From: Clostridia bacterium | Lineage (GTDB): Bacteria > Bacillota > Clostridia > Christensenellales > SZUA-584 | NCBI GenBank assembly: GCA_018648645.1 | Contig: JABGQS010000004.1 | Span: 8,976 to 72,975, forward strand | DNA: 64,000 bases | Direction: 5' to 3' | Shown here: positions 38,504 to 48,694 of the stretch, piece by piece | How the letters are laid out: every line of letters begins with the position of its first letter | How positions within the stretch are numbered: the stretch's first letter is position 1 | Translations under genes and position numbers: made by a program | Notes under the pieces: generated by a model | What the model was told of the DNA's origin: nothing | Seen by the model: only the letters and a program-made list of their open reading frames with translations | Databases searched by the model: none

Positions 38504-39682
38504 CTAGTCTACTGAGCCTATTACGCCTTCAACAAAGAAGAACATTCCGAGCATGTCGCCATCGGTCATTGTGTCGTATTCTGCAACCACAATGTTGCCA
38601 TCCTGGTCTGCAATTGGACCGGTGAATACGTGCAAACTTCCGTCCATGATAGCAGCTTCGGCTGCTTCGATTGCCGCAACAGCTTCAGCTGAAATTCCGG
38701 GACCAAAGTCTTCAAGTAGCACAGTGCCGTCATTGATGCCGCCCCAGAATGACTCAGGTGCGTATGTGCCGTCGAGAATCGACTGAACTGCCGCAACATA
38801 GTAAGTACCAAGATCCCATACAGCGCCTGTAAGGTAAGTGTCTCCACCGTATGCAGCCATTGGCGAGTGATAACCAACGCTGTATTTGCCTGCTGCAGCT
38901 GCTGCTGCTATCGGCTCAGGTGTGTCCTGATGCATTGCGATAACGTCGCAACCAGCGTCGAGCAAACCTTCTGCTGATGCTTTTTCGATTGCAGGGTCAT
39001 ACCATGTGTACGTCCAAACAACCTGAACTGTTGCGTCCGGGTTAACGCTTCTTACGCCGAGTGTGAAAGCGTTGATTCCGCGGATAACTTCCGGAATTGG
39101 GAATGCCGCAACGTAACCAATTTGGTTGTCCATTGTTGCATATCCTGCTGCGATACCAGAGAGGTATCTAGGTTCGTACATGCGTCCGAAATAGTTGCCA
39201 AGGTTAGTGTCGTTGATTTCCCAACCTGAGCAATGGAAGAACTTGACGTCCGGATATTCGGCCGCAGCGTTCTTTGTTGCTTCCATGTGTCCAAAGCTTG
39301 TAGCGAAAATGACATTGCAGCCTTCGTCTATAAGACTCACGATTGCGTCATAGCATTCTGTAGTTTTTTCCGGAACGTTCTCGAGATAAAGTGTCTCGAC
39401 GCCCATAGCTTCAACAGCTTGTCTGCCTTGATCATGCATGTAGGTGAATCCGCCGTCTCCAACAGGTCCGATGTAGATAAATCCGGCTTTAACGTCTACT
39501 GCCGGCATCGCATCTTCAACTGCATCTGCAGCTTCGTCAGCAACGTCTTCCACTGCGTCCTCTACAGCTTCTACTGCATCTTCAACAGCGTCCTCCACTG
39601 CGTTCTGAACAGCTCCGCCGCAGCCAGCCAAAACAAATGATGCTACCATGACAAGTGCTAAAAGAATAATTAGTTTTTTCAT
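38504..39682 (-). CDS. BMP-family (PnrA/Med/TmpC-like) ABC substrate-binding lipoprotein
   Basis: Signal peptide with lipobox LAGC. ATG at 39682 (MKKLIILLAL) after GGAGGG. Bmp-family core follows (GFIYIGPVGDGGF, IPEVIRGINAF). Confidence 0.9.
   Translation of the reverse strand: MKKLIILLALVMVASFVLAGCGGAVQNAVEDAVEDAVEAVEDAVEDVADEAADAVEDAMPAVDVKAGFIYIGPVGDGGFTYMHDQGRQAVEAMGVETLYLENVPEKTTECYDAIVSLIDEGCNVIFATSFGHMEATKNAAAEYPDVKFFHCSGWEINDTNLGNYFGRMYEPRYLSGIAAGYATMDNQIGYVAAFPIPEVIRGINAFTLGVRSVNPDATVQVVWTYTWYDPAIEKASAEGLLDAGCDVIAMHQDTPEPIAAAAAAGKYSVGYHSPMAAYGGDTYLTGAVWDLGTYYVAAVQSILDGTYAPESFWGGINDGTVLLEDFGPGISAEAVAAIEAAEAAIMDGSLHVFTGPIADQDGNIVVAEYDTMTDGDMLGMFFFVEGVIGSVD
39509..39601 (-). repeat. 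Low-complexity acidic linker repeat (AVED)n after the lipobox
   Basis: Encodes AVEDAVEDAVEAVEDAVEDVADEAADAVEDA from imperfect 12-nt repeats. Confidence 0.7.
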
Positions 39683-40141
39683 ATTTCCCTCCAATAATTT
39701 ATATTATCAACTGCGCCGAATATTGACTCTTCACAGATGAATTTCTCTTAGTATACTCAAAAAAAGATCCGTTAATCTTAAATTAGAAAATCTACAACTA
39801 AAAACGAAGAAACAGATAATTTGAACCCCATTGTTGAAAAAACTGTGTTACTTCGAATAATTACACTATATAATGTGTTTATGATAACACAAGTGCACAG
39901 TTAGGTCAATCACTGATACATTAAAAATTGAGCTAATTTCCTTAGTTTTTTAACTTTATGATGGTCGCGTAATTGCGATATTATACCGTTGTATTTGTGT
40001 TAGTATAACGATATGTTTTCAATCCCTTGTTTTGCATAGTTGCAATTGTAGTGCTATCTGCCCGCTTTTGTTATTTTTATGCAATAACTGTTACAGCATG
40101 TTCATAAAAAAACAACACCTACGGAGCGATATTATGTTATA

Positions 40142-43100
40142 ATGATGCAAAATGTGAACGGGATAATTGATATGGCAAAACACAGAAAACCTTCATTAAT
40201 AATACGAGTAGCGCAAAAGCTTGGCGAGTTCTTCGGTTTTATAGGAGATCGTATTAGCTATGCAGGCAAAGCGATTGCTCGCCTATTTAAGAAGGAATCG
40301 TCCAAGACAGCACCTGCTGATTCTGATATCAAGACATCTCAAAGCACACAAGTTTTTGAAAGTGTCGCTTCATCTAAAAGCGTTAAGAGGAAGGGCGAAG
40401 TGCAGCATAAAACGCGCATTTTACCTCATATTTCTAAGGAGCATTTATCGGGAGAAGGTCAGGACCATATCAATATGTTCCGCCCGCAGACAAGAAATCG
40501 AGGTTTTATTATTGGTACAACGCTGACTTCGCTTAAGCTGCTAATGATTGTTATTTTTATGGTTGGCTCTGCCGGAATCGGTACGCTGGTCGGCGTAGCA
40601 AAAGCTTATATGGAAACGACACCGACGCTTGATACAGGAAAGATTGAAAATCAGTCTGAATCTTCGTATATCTATGATAACAATGACGAATTGATTACGG
40701 CTTATACCGGTATTGAAAATCGAGACTGGGCTTCGATAACCGAGATACCTTTGGATCTGCAAAACGCTGTGATTGCAATTGAGGATGTCCGGTTTGAGTA
40801 CCACACCGGAGTAGACGTTAAGAGGCTGCTTGGCGCTTTCCTAAGCAATCTGATGAATGACGATGTTCAGGGAGGCAGTACGCTTACACAGCAGCTGATT
40901 AAAAACCGTCTGCTCACTTTTGACAGAACGTACGAGAGAAAAATACAGGAAGCGTACTTAGCTTTTCAGCTTGAGCAAGCATATTCTAAAGAGGATATAC
41001 TTGAAGCGTATATGAATACTATCCACTTAGGTGCATCCAACTACGGTGTAAAAGCCGCAGCAATGGACTACTTTGGAAAAAGTTTGGATGAGTTAACGCT
41101 GCGTGAGTGCGCAATGATTGCCGGCATCATTCGATATCCATATTACTATAACCCGCGGCGAGCTTACTATAGTGCAGAGCAGCCGGAAATTATCAACGAT
41201 CGAACAGATGACGTTTTGTATCAAATGTATATTTCCGAGTTTATTACTGAAGCTGAGTATCAAGATGCACTCGCCGATACAGTTGCAATTGTAGAGGAGT
41301 CGGTTGTGCTCGAAATGTACGATATGCCGTACTTTGTTGAATACGCCGTATACGATGTAATCACACACTTTTTGAAGCAGCGCAATATGCAAGATACTTC
41401 CGAAAACCGCGCGTCTATTGAGAACGAAATCCGTACAAACGGTTACAGAATATACACGACAGTTGATACGCAGATTCAAACAATTGTTCAGGACAGCCTA
41501 AGCGAGTGGGATAATTATCCAGCGCTGGAGGATGAAAGCGGTTCTGTAATACGTGAAGAGAATGATGGCACTATTACGCAAACTATTCAGCCTCAGGCAG
41601 CAGTTGTTGTTATGGATCACAGCACCGGTGATCTTTTGGCTGTTGTTGGCGGAAGAGAGACGCCTTTGGCTAAGAAAACTTTAAACCGCGCTTATCAAAC
41701 GACGATGCCTGTCGGAAGCTCTATCAAGCCGATCGCAGTTTACGCGCCCGCAATTGACAAGGGATATTCTGACGGCAGCATTGTGCCTAATCTGCCTTTG
41801 CCGATTGACGGCTGGGATTCTGCAAAAGGGTTTCCATTGGGTGGTTCTTCAAAATATGGACCTGTGCCTTTGCGAACCGCGCTTGTAAGCTCGCTAAACA
41901 GCGCTACCGCGTACACGCTGCTCGAATACGTCGGGCTTGCTGATTCTAAAAACTATCTTATTAATCTTGGTGTTAACCCTGCGCACATAAGCGAAACAGG
42001 CGCAGGGCTTGCACTCGGCACCTCCGGCATAACGCCGATTGAAATGGCCGGTGCTTATGCTACTATCGCAAACAGCGGTGTGTATCTTGAACCGTTGTCT
42101 TTCAGATATGTTACCGACAAAGAAGGAAATGTTATATTGAGCGCTGAGCTGATTCGCGAGAAACGACAAGTGTTCAAACCGTCAACAGCTTGGTTGGTTG
42201 CCGATATGTTGGTTGACGCAGTTGAGTATGGCACAGGAACAAGAGCACAAATTGAAGGCATGACTATTGGCGGAAAGACCGGCACAAATCAAAATGCAAC
42301 CGGTGTTTTCTTTGCGGGAATTTCGCCGTACTATACAACAACACTTTGGATTGGTCACGATATGTACGATCCTCTTGCAGACGATGTTTATGCTTCAAAT
42401 TCGGCAGCGCCGCTTTGGCAGTATATTATGAGTCAGTTGCTTGATGGTCTTCCAAACAAAAGTATAATCGAAACTTCTCCGTTGTCGCTTGACCTCGTGT
42501 CTGAACGTATATGCACAGTGTCCGGGCTGCTTGCAACGGACGCTTGCAACGAGGACCCTGGTGACCATACGCCGAAGAACTATTGGTTCTTGGACGGAAC
42601 ACAGCCAACGAAGGAGTGCGATGTGCACGAAATCTACACATTCTGCACAATAAGCGGAAAAATTGCGTCTTCATATTGCCCAACAGACCTTGGGATTCTT
42701 GAGGAACGTTGTTTACTGTTTCTTAAGCAAAGTTCGATATACTGGGATCTCTCGCAAGATAATCGCGATAAGTACCTGCCCGGCACATTCATGGCACTGA
42801 ATGGACTAACTGTTGCCGAATTGACACCCGACATGGAGAATTACCACGAGTATATTTGTGATGTGCATACCGAAGCTTGGCACACCAATCAACAAACGCT
42901 GCTGGCTGCAATTGAGGCAGCGACCGCGCAGATCGAGGTATCCTACGCAGTTCTGAACGACGAGTCTTTGGGGCTGTCAGAGCAGCATAAGCTGGATCTT
43001 CAAGCGAAGATAACCGAGCTGGAGGAACTGATAGCAAACCCGAATTCTACACTTGTTGCTATAGAGCAGGTTACGTTGGAACTGCAAATATTGACAGATA

Positions 43101-43153
43101 CACTGCTAACTTTATACAATCCCCCACCGGCGCCAGAAGGTGATGAAGGTTAG
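40142..43153 (+). CDS. Class A penicillin-binding protein (glycosyltransferase + transpeptidase), PBP1A-like
   Basis: GT51 motifs EDVRFEYHTGVD and GGSTLTQQL; transpeptidase motifs SxxK (GSSIKP), SxN (SLNSAT) and KTG (GKTGT). There is one TM helix after a cytoplasmic N-terminus of about 115 aa. A TGtTATAAT-like element overlaps 40142, so ATG 40172 (MAKHRK) is an alternative start. Confidence 0.92.
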   Translation: MMQNVNGIIDMAKHRKPSLIIRVAQKLGEFFGFIGDRISYAGKAIARLFKKESSKTAPADSDIKTSQSTQVFESVASSKSVKRKGEVQHKTRILPHISKEHLSGEGQDHINMFRPQTRNRGFIIGTTLTSLKLLMIVIFMVGSAGIGTLVGVAKAYMETTPTLDTGKIENQSESSYIYDNNDELITAYTGIENRDWASITEIPLDLQNAVIAIEDVRFEYHTGVDVKRLLGAFLSNLMNDDVQGGSTLTQQLIKNRLLTFDRTYERKIQEAYLAFQLEQAYSKEDILEAYMNTIHLGASNYGVKAAAMDYFGKSLDELTLRECAMIAGIIRYPYYYNPRRAYYSAEQPEIINDRTDDVLYQMYISEFITEAEYQDALADTVAIVEESVVLEMYDMPYFVEYAVYDVITHFLKQRNMQDTSENRASIENEIRTNGYRIYTTVDTQIQTIVQDSLSEWDNYPALEDESGSVIREENDGTITQTIQPQAAVVVMDHSTGDLLAVVGGRETPLAKKTLNRAYQTTMPVGSSIKPIAVYAPAIDKGYSDGSIVPNLPLPIDGWDSAKGFPLGGSSKYGPVPLRTALVSSLNSATAYTLLEYVGLADSKNYLINLGVNPAHISETGAGLALGTSGITPIEMAGAYATIANSGVYLEPLSFRYVTDKEGNVILSAELIREKRQVFKPSTAWLVADMLVDAVEYGTGTRAQIEGMTIGGKTGTNQNATGVFFAGISPYYTTTLWIGHDMYDPLADDVYASNSAAPLWQYIMSQLLDGLPNKSIIETSPLSLDLVSERICTVSGLLATDACNEDPGDHTPKNYWFLDGTQPTKECDVHEIYTFCTISGKIASSYCPTDLGILEERCLLFLKQSSIYWDLSQDNRDKYLPGTFMALNGLTVAELTPDMENYHEYICDVHTEAWHTNQQTLLAAIEAATAQIEVSYAVLNDESLGLSEQHKLDLQAKITELEELIANPNSTLVAIEQVTLELQILTDTLLTLYNPPPAPEGDEG

Positions 43154-43184
43154 AATTTTGAAGTACACTTTAGAATAATTGTAC

Positions 43185-43214
43185 AAAAAAAGCGCCCATT
43201 ATTGGGTGCTTTTT
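43185..43214. terminator. Bidirectional rho-independent terminator between PBP gene and pyrE
   Basis: AAAAAAA-GCGCCCA-TTAT-TGGGTGC-TTTTT. The A-run on one side and T-run on the other let it serve both convergent genes. Confidence 0.85.
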
Positions 43215-43222
43215 GTATTGCT

Positions 43223-43789
43223 TTAGATATTTCGGCTGCCGGGCTTAACCGCAGGAGTTCCGCTTTTACATAACGGGCAGCTTTCCGGCTCGAAGCTGAC
43301 TACTTCCATGCTGAGAACAGCTTCAAAAGGCACTCCGAAGTCTACCTGTCCGTTTGACCTGTCAACAATGCTGCCGACGCCGACAACGTTTGCGCCTTTC
43401 TCTTGCACTAATGCTACCACCTCTTTGACAGATCCGCCCGTAGTGACAACATCCTCTACCACAAGAACGTTCGCGTCCTGTGGGATTTCGAAGCCGCGAC
43501 GCAGCGTCATCGCCCCGTTTTGGCGCTCTGCGAATATGTTCTTGACTTTGAGCTGCCTGGACACTTCATATGCCAGAATGATGCCGCCGACTGCAGGCCC
43601 GATAACGATGTCTACACCCTCGAACTTGACTGCGAGCTCTTTCGCGAAAATTTCTGATATGTTTGCGTTTTGAAATAGCTTTGCACACTGCATGTATTTG
43701 TCCGAGTGTCTGCCCGATGTCAGCAGAAAATGACCCTCCTGCATAACGCCCGTGCTTTTAAATATCCGTAAAATTTCATTCTTATCCAA
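43223..43789 (-). CDS. pyrE: Orotate phosphoribosyltransferase
   Basis: 188 aa. PRPP-binding [13 protein letters not shown]. Confidence 0.94.
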   Translation of the reverse strand: MDKNEILRIFKSTGVMQEGHFLLTSGRHSDKYMQCAKLFQNANISEIFAKELAVKFEGVDIVIGPAVGGIILAYEVSRQLKVKNIFAERQNGAMTLRRGFEIPQDANVLVVEDVVTTGGSVKEVVALVQEKGANVVGVGSIVDRSNGQVDFGVPFEAVLSMEVVSFEPESCPLCKSGTPAVKPGSRNI

Positions 43790-43791
43790 TG

Positions 43792-44697
43792 TTAAACCTC
43801 CAATGCGCCTGTGAGCGCGCTTATTTTATCTATTTCCATCTGCTCTGCGTACTGTTCAAGCTCATCTAGTATCGTTAGCGATGCGCTCGGGTCTATCAAG
43901 TTTGCTGTACCCGTCATCACGGCCGTTGCGCCGCACAACATGAACTCTGCCACGTCTGCGCCCGTCATAATACCGCCCATGCCAATCACGGGGATATCAA
44001 CGGCGTTTGACACGTCGTACACCATTTTTAGCGCAACAGGCTTGATACACGGGCCCGAAAGACCGCCGGTCACGTTGCCGAGGATCGGTCGTTTGGTATA
44101 TGCGTCAACTGCCATTGCAGGAAGCGTGTTGATAAGTGATATCGCATCTGCACCCGCGCTTTGCACAGCTCTCGCAATAGCTGATATATCGCTCGCCGAC
44201 GGCGTCAGTTTAACAATAAGAGGTTTTTTTGACACAGATTTAGCTGCGCTGACAACGCTTACTGCCGCTTGCTTTTCTACGCCGAAGCTAAGACCGCCTT
44301 GTTTTACGTTAGGGCAGGATATGTTCAGCTCGAAAAAGTCAATACCGGTATCGTTAAGCTGCTCAATGACAGTAACGTAATCGTTGATGCTGCTGCCTGC
44401 AACATTAGCTATTATCGTTGTGTCCAGCTTTTCGACTTTTTGCATAGTTTTACTTAGAAATGCTTCTACGCCGGGGTTTTGCAGACCCACGCTGTTGATA
44501 ATCCCCGATGCTGTTTCAGCTATGCGTGGTGGTTTGTTACCAATACGTTTTTCGGGTGTGAGTGATTTGAGCGCAATTCCGCCTAGTTTGCTTACATCTA
44601 TGAACCAAGAGTGCTGCTCACCAAAGGCAAATGTTCCGGATGCTGCTATGATTGGGTTTTTAAGCTGTTTGCCGCACAGCGTTATATTCATATCCAT
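43792..44697 (-). CDS. pyrD: Dihydroorotate dehydrogenase (class 1B) catalytic subunit
   Basis: 301 aa. [27 protein letters not shown] motifs. Paired with pyrK. Confidence 0.95.
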   Translation of the reverse strand: MDMNITLCGKQLKNPIIAASGTFAFGEQHSWFIDVSKLGGIALKSLTPEKRIGNKPPRIAETASGIINSVGLQNPGVEAFLSKTMQKVEKLDTTIIANVAGSSINDYVTVIEQLNDTGIDFFELNISCPNVKQGGLSFGVEKQAAVSVVSAAKSVSKKPLIVKLTPSASDISAIARAVQSAGADAISLINTLPAMAVDAYTKRPILGNVTGGLSGPCIKPVALKMVYDVSNAVDIPVIGMGGIMTGADVAEFMLCGATAVMTGTANLIDPSASLTILDELEQYAEQMEIDKISALTGALEV

Positions 44698-45474
44698 TTA
44701 TAGCACCACCTCGTTTAGATCGAACACAGGACCTTCGATGCATGCTTTCTTATAATCGAGTCCGGCGCCGTTGTTGATAGCGCAAACGCACACAGCGCAT
44801 GCACCGAATCCGCAGCACATACGCTGCTCGAGAGAAACTTGTGTTGGAATGTTGCCGACAGCCGCCTTTAGAGACTTTAGCATTGGACCCGGTCCGCACG
44901 AAAGAACAACATCCGGGGTTACTTCCAAAAGACAGTCTGACAGCGAGTCGGTTACGAAACCTTTGATCCCTACCGTGCCGTCGTCTGATGAAATATAGGT
45001 TTTGTCGCTTACAGCTTGAAAATCTTTGCTGCAATATGTGCAATCTTTGCTGCGATAACCAAGAAACGCGTGGTAATCTCTGTCCGGCCATTTTTTTGTG
45101 ACGGGTAATAGCGGCGCAATGCCAACGCCTCCGCCGACCAAAAAAACAGTTTTGTCGCTGGCTTTGAGGTTGAATCCGCGTCCAATCGGCAAAATCGATT
45201 TGATTTTCTCGCCGGGCTGCGCGGACAGAAGTGCTTGTGTGCCTTGCCCAACCGGTTGGTAAACCAACGTAATTAATCCTTGCTCCACGTCCACTTTGTT
45301 TATACTTATGGGGCGCTTTAGCAGCAAGTCGCTGCGGTTTGGTATGTCGATGTTCGCAAACTGACCAGGCACGAAATGCACTAAGTCAGCTTCATCGCTT
45401 TGCAGCACGAGCTCGTATATGCGGTTTGCGATCGCTTTATTAGAAACAATTGTTGTAACTACATTCTTAAGCAT
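44698..45474 (-). CDS. pyrK: Dihydroorotate dehydrogenase electron-transfer subunit
   Basis: 258 aa. FAD/NAD-binding domain plus a C-terminal 2Fe-2S Cys cluster (MCCGFGACAVCVC). Confidence 0.93.
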   Translation of the reverse strand: MLKNVVTTIVSNKAIANRIYELVLQSDEADLVHFVPGQFANIDIPNRSDLLLKRPISINKVDVEQGLITLVYQPVGQGTQALLSAQPGEKIKSILPIGRGFNLKASDKTVFLVGGGVGIAPLLPVTKKWPDRDYHAFLGYRSKDCTYCSKDFQAVSDKTYISSDDGTVGIKGFVTDSLSDCLLEVTPDVVLSCGPGPMLKSLKAAVGNIPTQVSLEQRMCCGFGACAVCVCAINNGAGLDYKKACIEGPVFDLNEVVL

Positions 45475-45482
45475 ATATATCC

Positions 45483-46538
45483 TTATCCTTGTGTCATCAT
45501 GTCAATAAACTCGTCAAAAAGATACGCCGAATCCTCCGGTCCCGGTGAAGCTTCGGGGTGAAACTGTACGGTGAACATGTTGTGATCTGTGTATCTGAGA
45601 CCTTCGATGGTCATATCGTTCCAGTTGCGATGACTAACGACAAGCCCCTGCGGGAGTGTGTCTTCAATGATCGTATATCCGTGATTTTGTGATGTAATAT
45701 ACACCCTGTTCTTGTCCATATCCTTGACAGGATGGTTTGCGCCTCTGTGTCCGTATTTGAGCTTCTGCGTGTCTGCACCCATTGCAAGAGATAAGAGCTG
45801 GTGACCTAGGCAAATCCCGAAGATCGGCGCCGTGCCGACAAGCTTTTTCAAGTTAGCAATAACTTCCTCGTTGTCCTTTGGGTCACCGGGACCGTTGGTC
45901 AGCATTATACCGTCAAAGTTGCCCGCAATGATGTCGTCTGCGCTTGTGCGTGCGGGAAAAACAGTGACTGCACAATTTCTGTTTTCCAGGCTGCGGATTA
46001 TGTTTCGCTTTAACCCGTAATCGAGCACGGCGACTCTTAAACCGCCGTCGCAATATTCGTACTTCTCACCACAAGTTACTCTGTCTACAGGCAGCTTGCA
46101 CTCGTGTATCTTCATCGCGTCGATTTGCTCGTCTGTCGGCTCACCCTGAGTGATGATGCCGCGCATTGTACCTTTTTCTCGAATTATCTTTGTGAGCGCG
46201 CGAGTGTCGATGTCGCAAAAACCGCAGATGTCGTGCCTGGTGAGATAGTCTTCTATAGTGCCTTTGCACCGCCAGTTAGACGGGGTTTCGCAAACTTCGC
46301 GTACGATGAAGCCGTTTACCTGCGGACGCGCAGATTCTATATCTATATCGTTTACACCGTAGTTTCCGATTAGCGGGTAGGTCATTGTAACGATTTGTCC
46401 GCAATATGACGGGTCGGTGAGTACTTCCTGATAGCCCGTCATGCTCGTATTGAACACAACCTCTCCGGTTATATCTTTCTTGGCACCAAAGCTTTTTCCG
46501 ATAAATCTTGTTCCGTCTTCCAATGTGAGTATTGCCAT
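45483..46538 (-). CDS. carA: Carbamoyl-phosphate synthase small (glutaminase) subunit
   Basis: MAILTLEDGTRF start (ATG 46538) after GGAGAG; the ORF-track start at 46565 overlaps pyrF. GATase motifs GICLGHQLL and HRGANHPV. Confidence 0.95.
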   Translation of the reverse strand: MAILTLEDGTRFIGKSFGAKKDITGEVVFNTSMTGYQEVLTDPSYCGQIVTMTYPLIGNYGVNDIDIESARPQVNGFIVREVCETPSNWRCKGTIEDYLTRHDICGFCDIDTRALTKIIREKGTMRGIITQGEPTDEQIDAMKIHECKLPVDRVTCGEKYEYCDGGLRVAVLDYGLKRNIIRSLENRNCAVTVFPARTSADDIIAGNFDGIMLTNGPGDPKDNEEVIANLKKLVGTAPIFGICLGHQLLSLAMGADTQKLKYGHRGANHPVKDMDKNRVYITSQNHGYTIIEDTLPQGLVVSHRNWNDMTIEGLRYTDHNMFTVQFHPEASPGPEDSAYLFDEFIDMMTQG

Positions 46539-46546
46539 TGTCTCTC

Positions 46547-47434
46547 CTATAACTCTACGCCGCATCGCGAGAATGCAGCCAATATATCCTGTTTCATGTC
46601 AAGCACAGCCTGCCGCGCAGCTTTGCCGGGTACATTGCTGTACATCTCTTTCTTATACGCCAGCAGAATACCGCGCGATGAATTGACCACGCCGCCGAGC
46701 CCTTGTTTGTCAAAGTTGACAGCGATGTCGTCCGCACCTGCACCCTGCGCGCCGTAGCCCGGCACCAGAAAGAACGTCTGATTCATGCGCTGCCGAAGCT
46801 CTTGCGCCTGCTGCGGATAGGTCGCGCCGACAACTGCGCCAACGCTGCTGTATCCGTAATCTCCAACCAGACCGCTTCCCCATTCGCTCACTTTGTCTGC
46901 CATAACTTGATACAGCTTTTTGCCGCTTACATCAAGGTCTTGGAACTGCCCGCCCGATGGGTTGGACGTTTTAACTAGTGCGAATATGCCTTTGCCCGTT
47001 TGCTCGCAGTCTTCAAGAAACGGCTGAATACCATCAATTCCAAGGTATGCGTTGACTGTAATGAAGTCTGCTGCGCTGTTTACTATATAAGCTGTCGAGT
47101 ATGCCTTCGCCGTGCTGCCGATGTCGTTGCGCTTTACATCCGCAATCACTATCAGCCCGTTGTCGCTTGCGTAGCTCATGGTGTCAAAAAAGCACTTCAT
47201 ACCATGATACCCGTACTGTTCGTAATATGCAACCTGTACTTTGACTGACGGTGCGATGTCTTTGACCGCGTTAATTATGTCACAGTTGTATTTATAAATA
47301 CTTTTGGAAATTTCGCTGTATGTTGGGCTATCTGACTTGTAAGCATCCGTCAAGTACTCGTAGCTCGTATCCAGCCCAACGCAGATAGGGCATCTTGTTT
47401 TCTTAATTGCATTGCACAAATCATCAATTTTCAT
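46547..47434 (-). CDS. pyrF: Orotidine 5'-phosphate decarboxylase (long, type 2 form)
   Basis: 295 aa. CVGLD, ADVKRNDIGST, PGYGAQG motifs. Confidence 0.9.
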   Translation of the reverse strand: MKIDDLCNAIKKTRCPICVGLDTSYEYLTDAYKSDSPTYSEISKSIYKYNCDIINAVKDIAPSVKVQVAYYEQYGYHGMKCFFDTMSYASDNGLIVIADVKRNDIGSTAKAYSTAYIVNSAADFITVNAYLGIDGIQPFLEDCEQTGKGIFALVKTSNPSGGQFQDLDVSGKKLYQVMADKVSEWGSGLVGDYGYSSVGAVVGATYPQQAQELRQRMNQTFFLVPGYGAQGAGADDIAVNFDKQGLGGVVNSSRGILLAYKKEMYSNVPGKAARQAVLDMKQDILAAFSRCGVEL

Positions 47435-48694
47435 TTAATTCGCCTCGTATACGAGCTCGCCATCCACAATTGTGTGCGTGACAACCCCTTTTAGTTTTTG
47501 ACCGATAAACGGTGAGTTCTTACCTTTTGATATGATGCTCTGCTCAGTGAACGTGTACTGCTTGCTCATATCAGCTATTGTAATGTCAGCAAAACTGCCG
47601 TTCTCGATTACGCCGCTTTTCTTTTCTATAATTCTGGCCGGGTTTACGCTGAACAATTCTGCAAGTTTGTCGGCATCGTCAGTTAGATTCGTTACAGCCA
47701 GAGAAAACGCCGTTTCGAAGCCGCTTATACCCGACGCAGCAAGCGCAAACTCAATCTTTTTCTCGTCTTTGTGGTGTGGCGCGTGGTCTGTTGCAATAGC
47801 GTCGATTGTGCCGTCCAGCAGCCCTGCTTTGACAGCCTTAACATCGCCCTTTTCTCTAAGCGGGGGGTTGACTTTTGTGTTTGCGTCAAAACCGGCGCAC
47901 ATGCTGTCGTCTGCGCTGAAGTAGTGCGGAGCGCTTTCGCAAGTGACACGAGTACCTTTAGCCTTGGCAGCTCTTATCAGCTCAATACCGCCCGCTGTGG
48001 ACACGTGTTGAATGTGCAGCTTTAGTCCGTAAGTCTGCGCCAAAAGCAGGTCTCTGGCAATCATAGCCTCTTCCGCAACGCGCGAGATGCCCGGCATACC
48101 AAGCACTGTAGATTGGTAGCCTTCGTTCATGATACCTTCGCCTTTGATGGAGAGGTCTTCCTCGTGTGCCATTATCATTTTGCCGTATGTTTGCGCGTAC
48201 ATCATGGCTCGCCTCATCATTGCGCCGCTCTCTATCGGGTGACCATCGTCGCTGAACGCTACACAACCGAGGCTGCTCATTTCACCCATTTCGGTGAGCT
48301 CTTTGCCGCTGAGACCAACCGAAGCTGCACCGACCGGATATACCTTTGCCGGGGCGCGTCTGGCGCGGTCATTAACGAGCGCTACAACGGCGGCTGTGTC
48401 CATAACAGGCTTAGTATTTGGCATACAGCATACGGCGGTATAGCCACCCTTAACCGCAGCTTTCGTGCCGCTCATGATGTCTTCCTTGTACTCCTGCCCC
48501 GGCTCTCGCAAGTGGCAGTGAAGGTCTATGAATCCCGGGAAAACTGTTAGCCCGGCTGCGTCGATAACGCGCTCAGCATCGCCGACATCTTTGCCGATGG
48601 CACTAATTTTGCCGTCTTCAATCAGAATATCTAGTTTGCCGAATTGTTCACCCGCAGGATTTACAATATCCCCGCCTGAAATTTTAAGCTTCAT
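47435..48694 (-). CDS. pyrC: Dihydroorotase
   Basis: 419 aa. Metal-binding DLHCHLREPG and TDHAPH. Confidence 0.95.
   Translation of the reverse strand: MKLKISGGDIVNPAGEQFGKLDILIEDGKISAIGKDVGDAERVIDAAGLTVFPGFIDLHCHLREPGQEYKEDIMSGTKAAVKGGYTAVCCMPNTKPVMDTAAVVALVNDRARRAPAKVYPVGAASVGLSGKELTEMGEMSSLGCVAFSDDGHPIESGAMMRRAMMYAQTYGKMIMAHEEDLSIKGEGIMNEGYQSTVLGMPGISRVAEEAMIARDLLLAQTYGLKLHIQHVSTAGGIELIRAAKAKGTRVTCESAPHYFSADDSMCAGFDANTKVNPPLREKGDVKAVKAGLLDGTIDAIATDHAPHHKDEKKIEFALAASGISGFETAFSLAVTNLTDDADKLAELFSVNPARIIEKKSGVIENGSFADITIADMSKQYTFTEQSIISKGKNSPFIGQKLKGVVTHTIVDGELVYEAN

Noticed and set aside
39683-39800. Looked for a purine, nucleoside-responsive or other riboswitch upstream of the BMP ABC transporter
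   Set aside because: No conserved aptamer core (for example, a purine riboswitch junction) is recognisable. The sequence is AT-rich and unstructured by eye.
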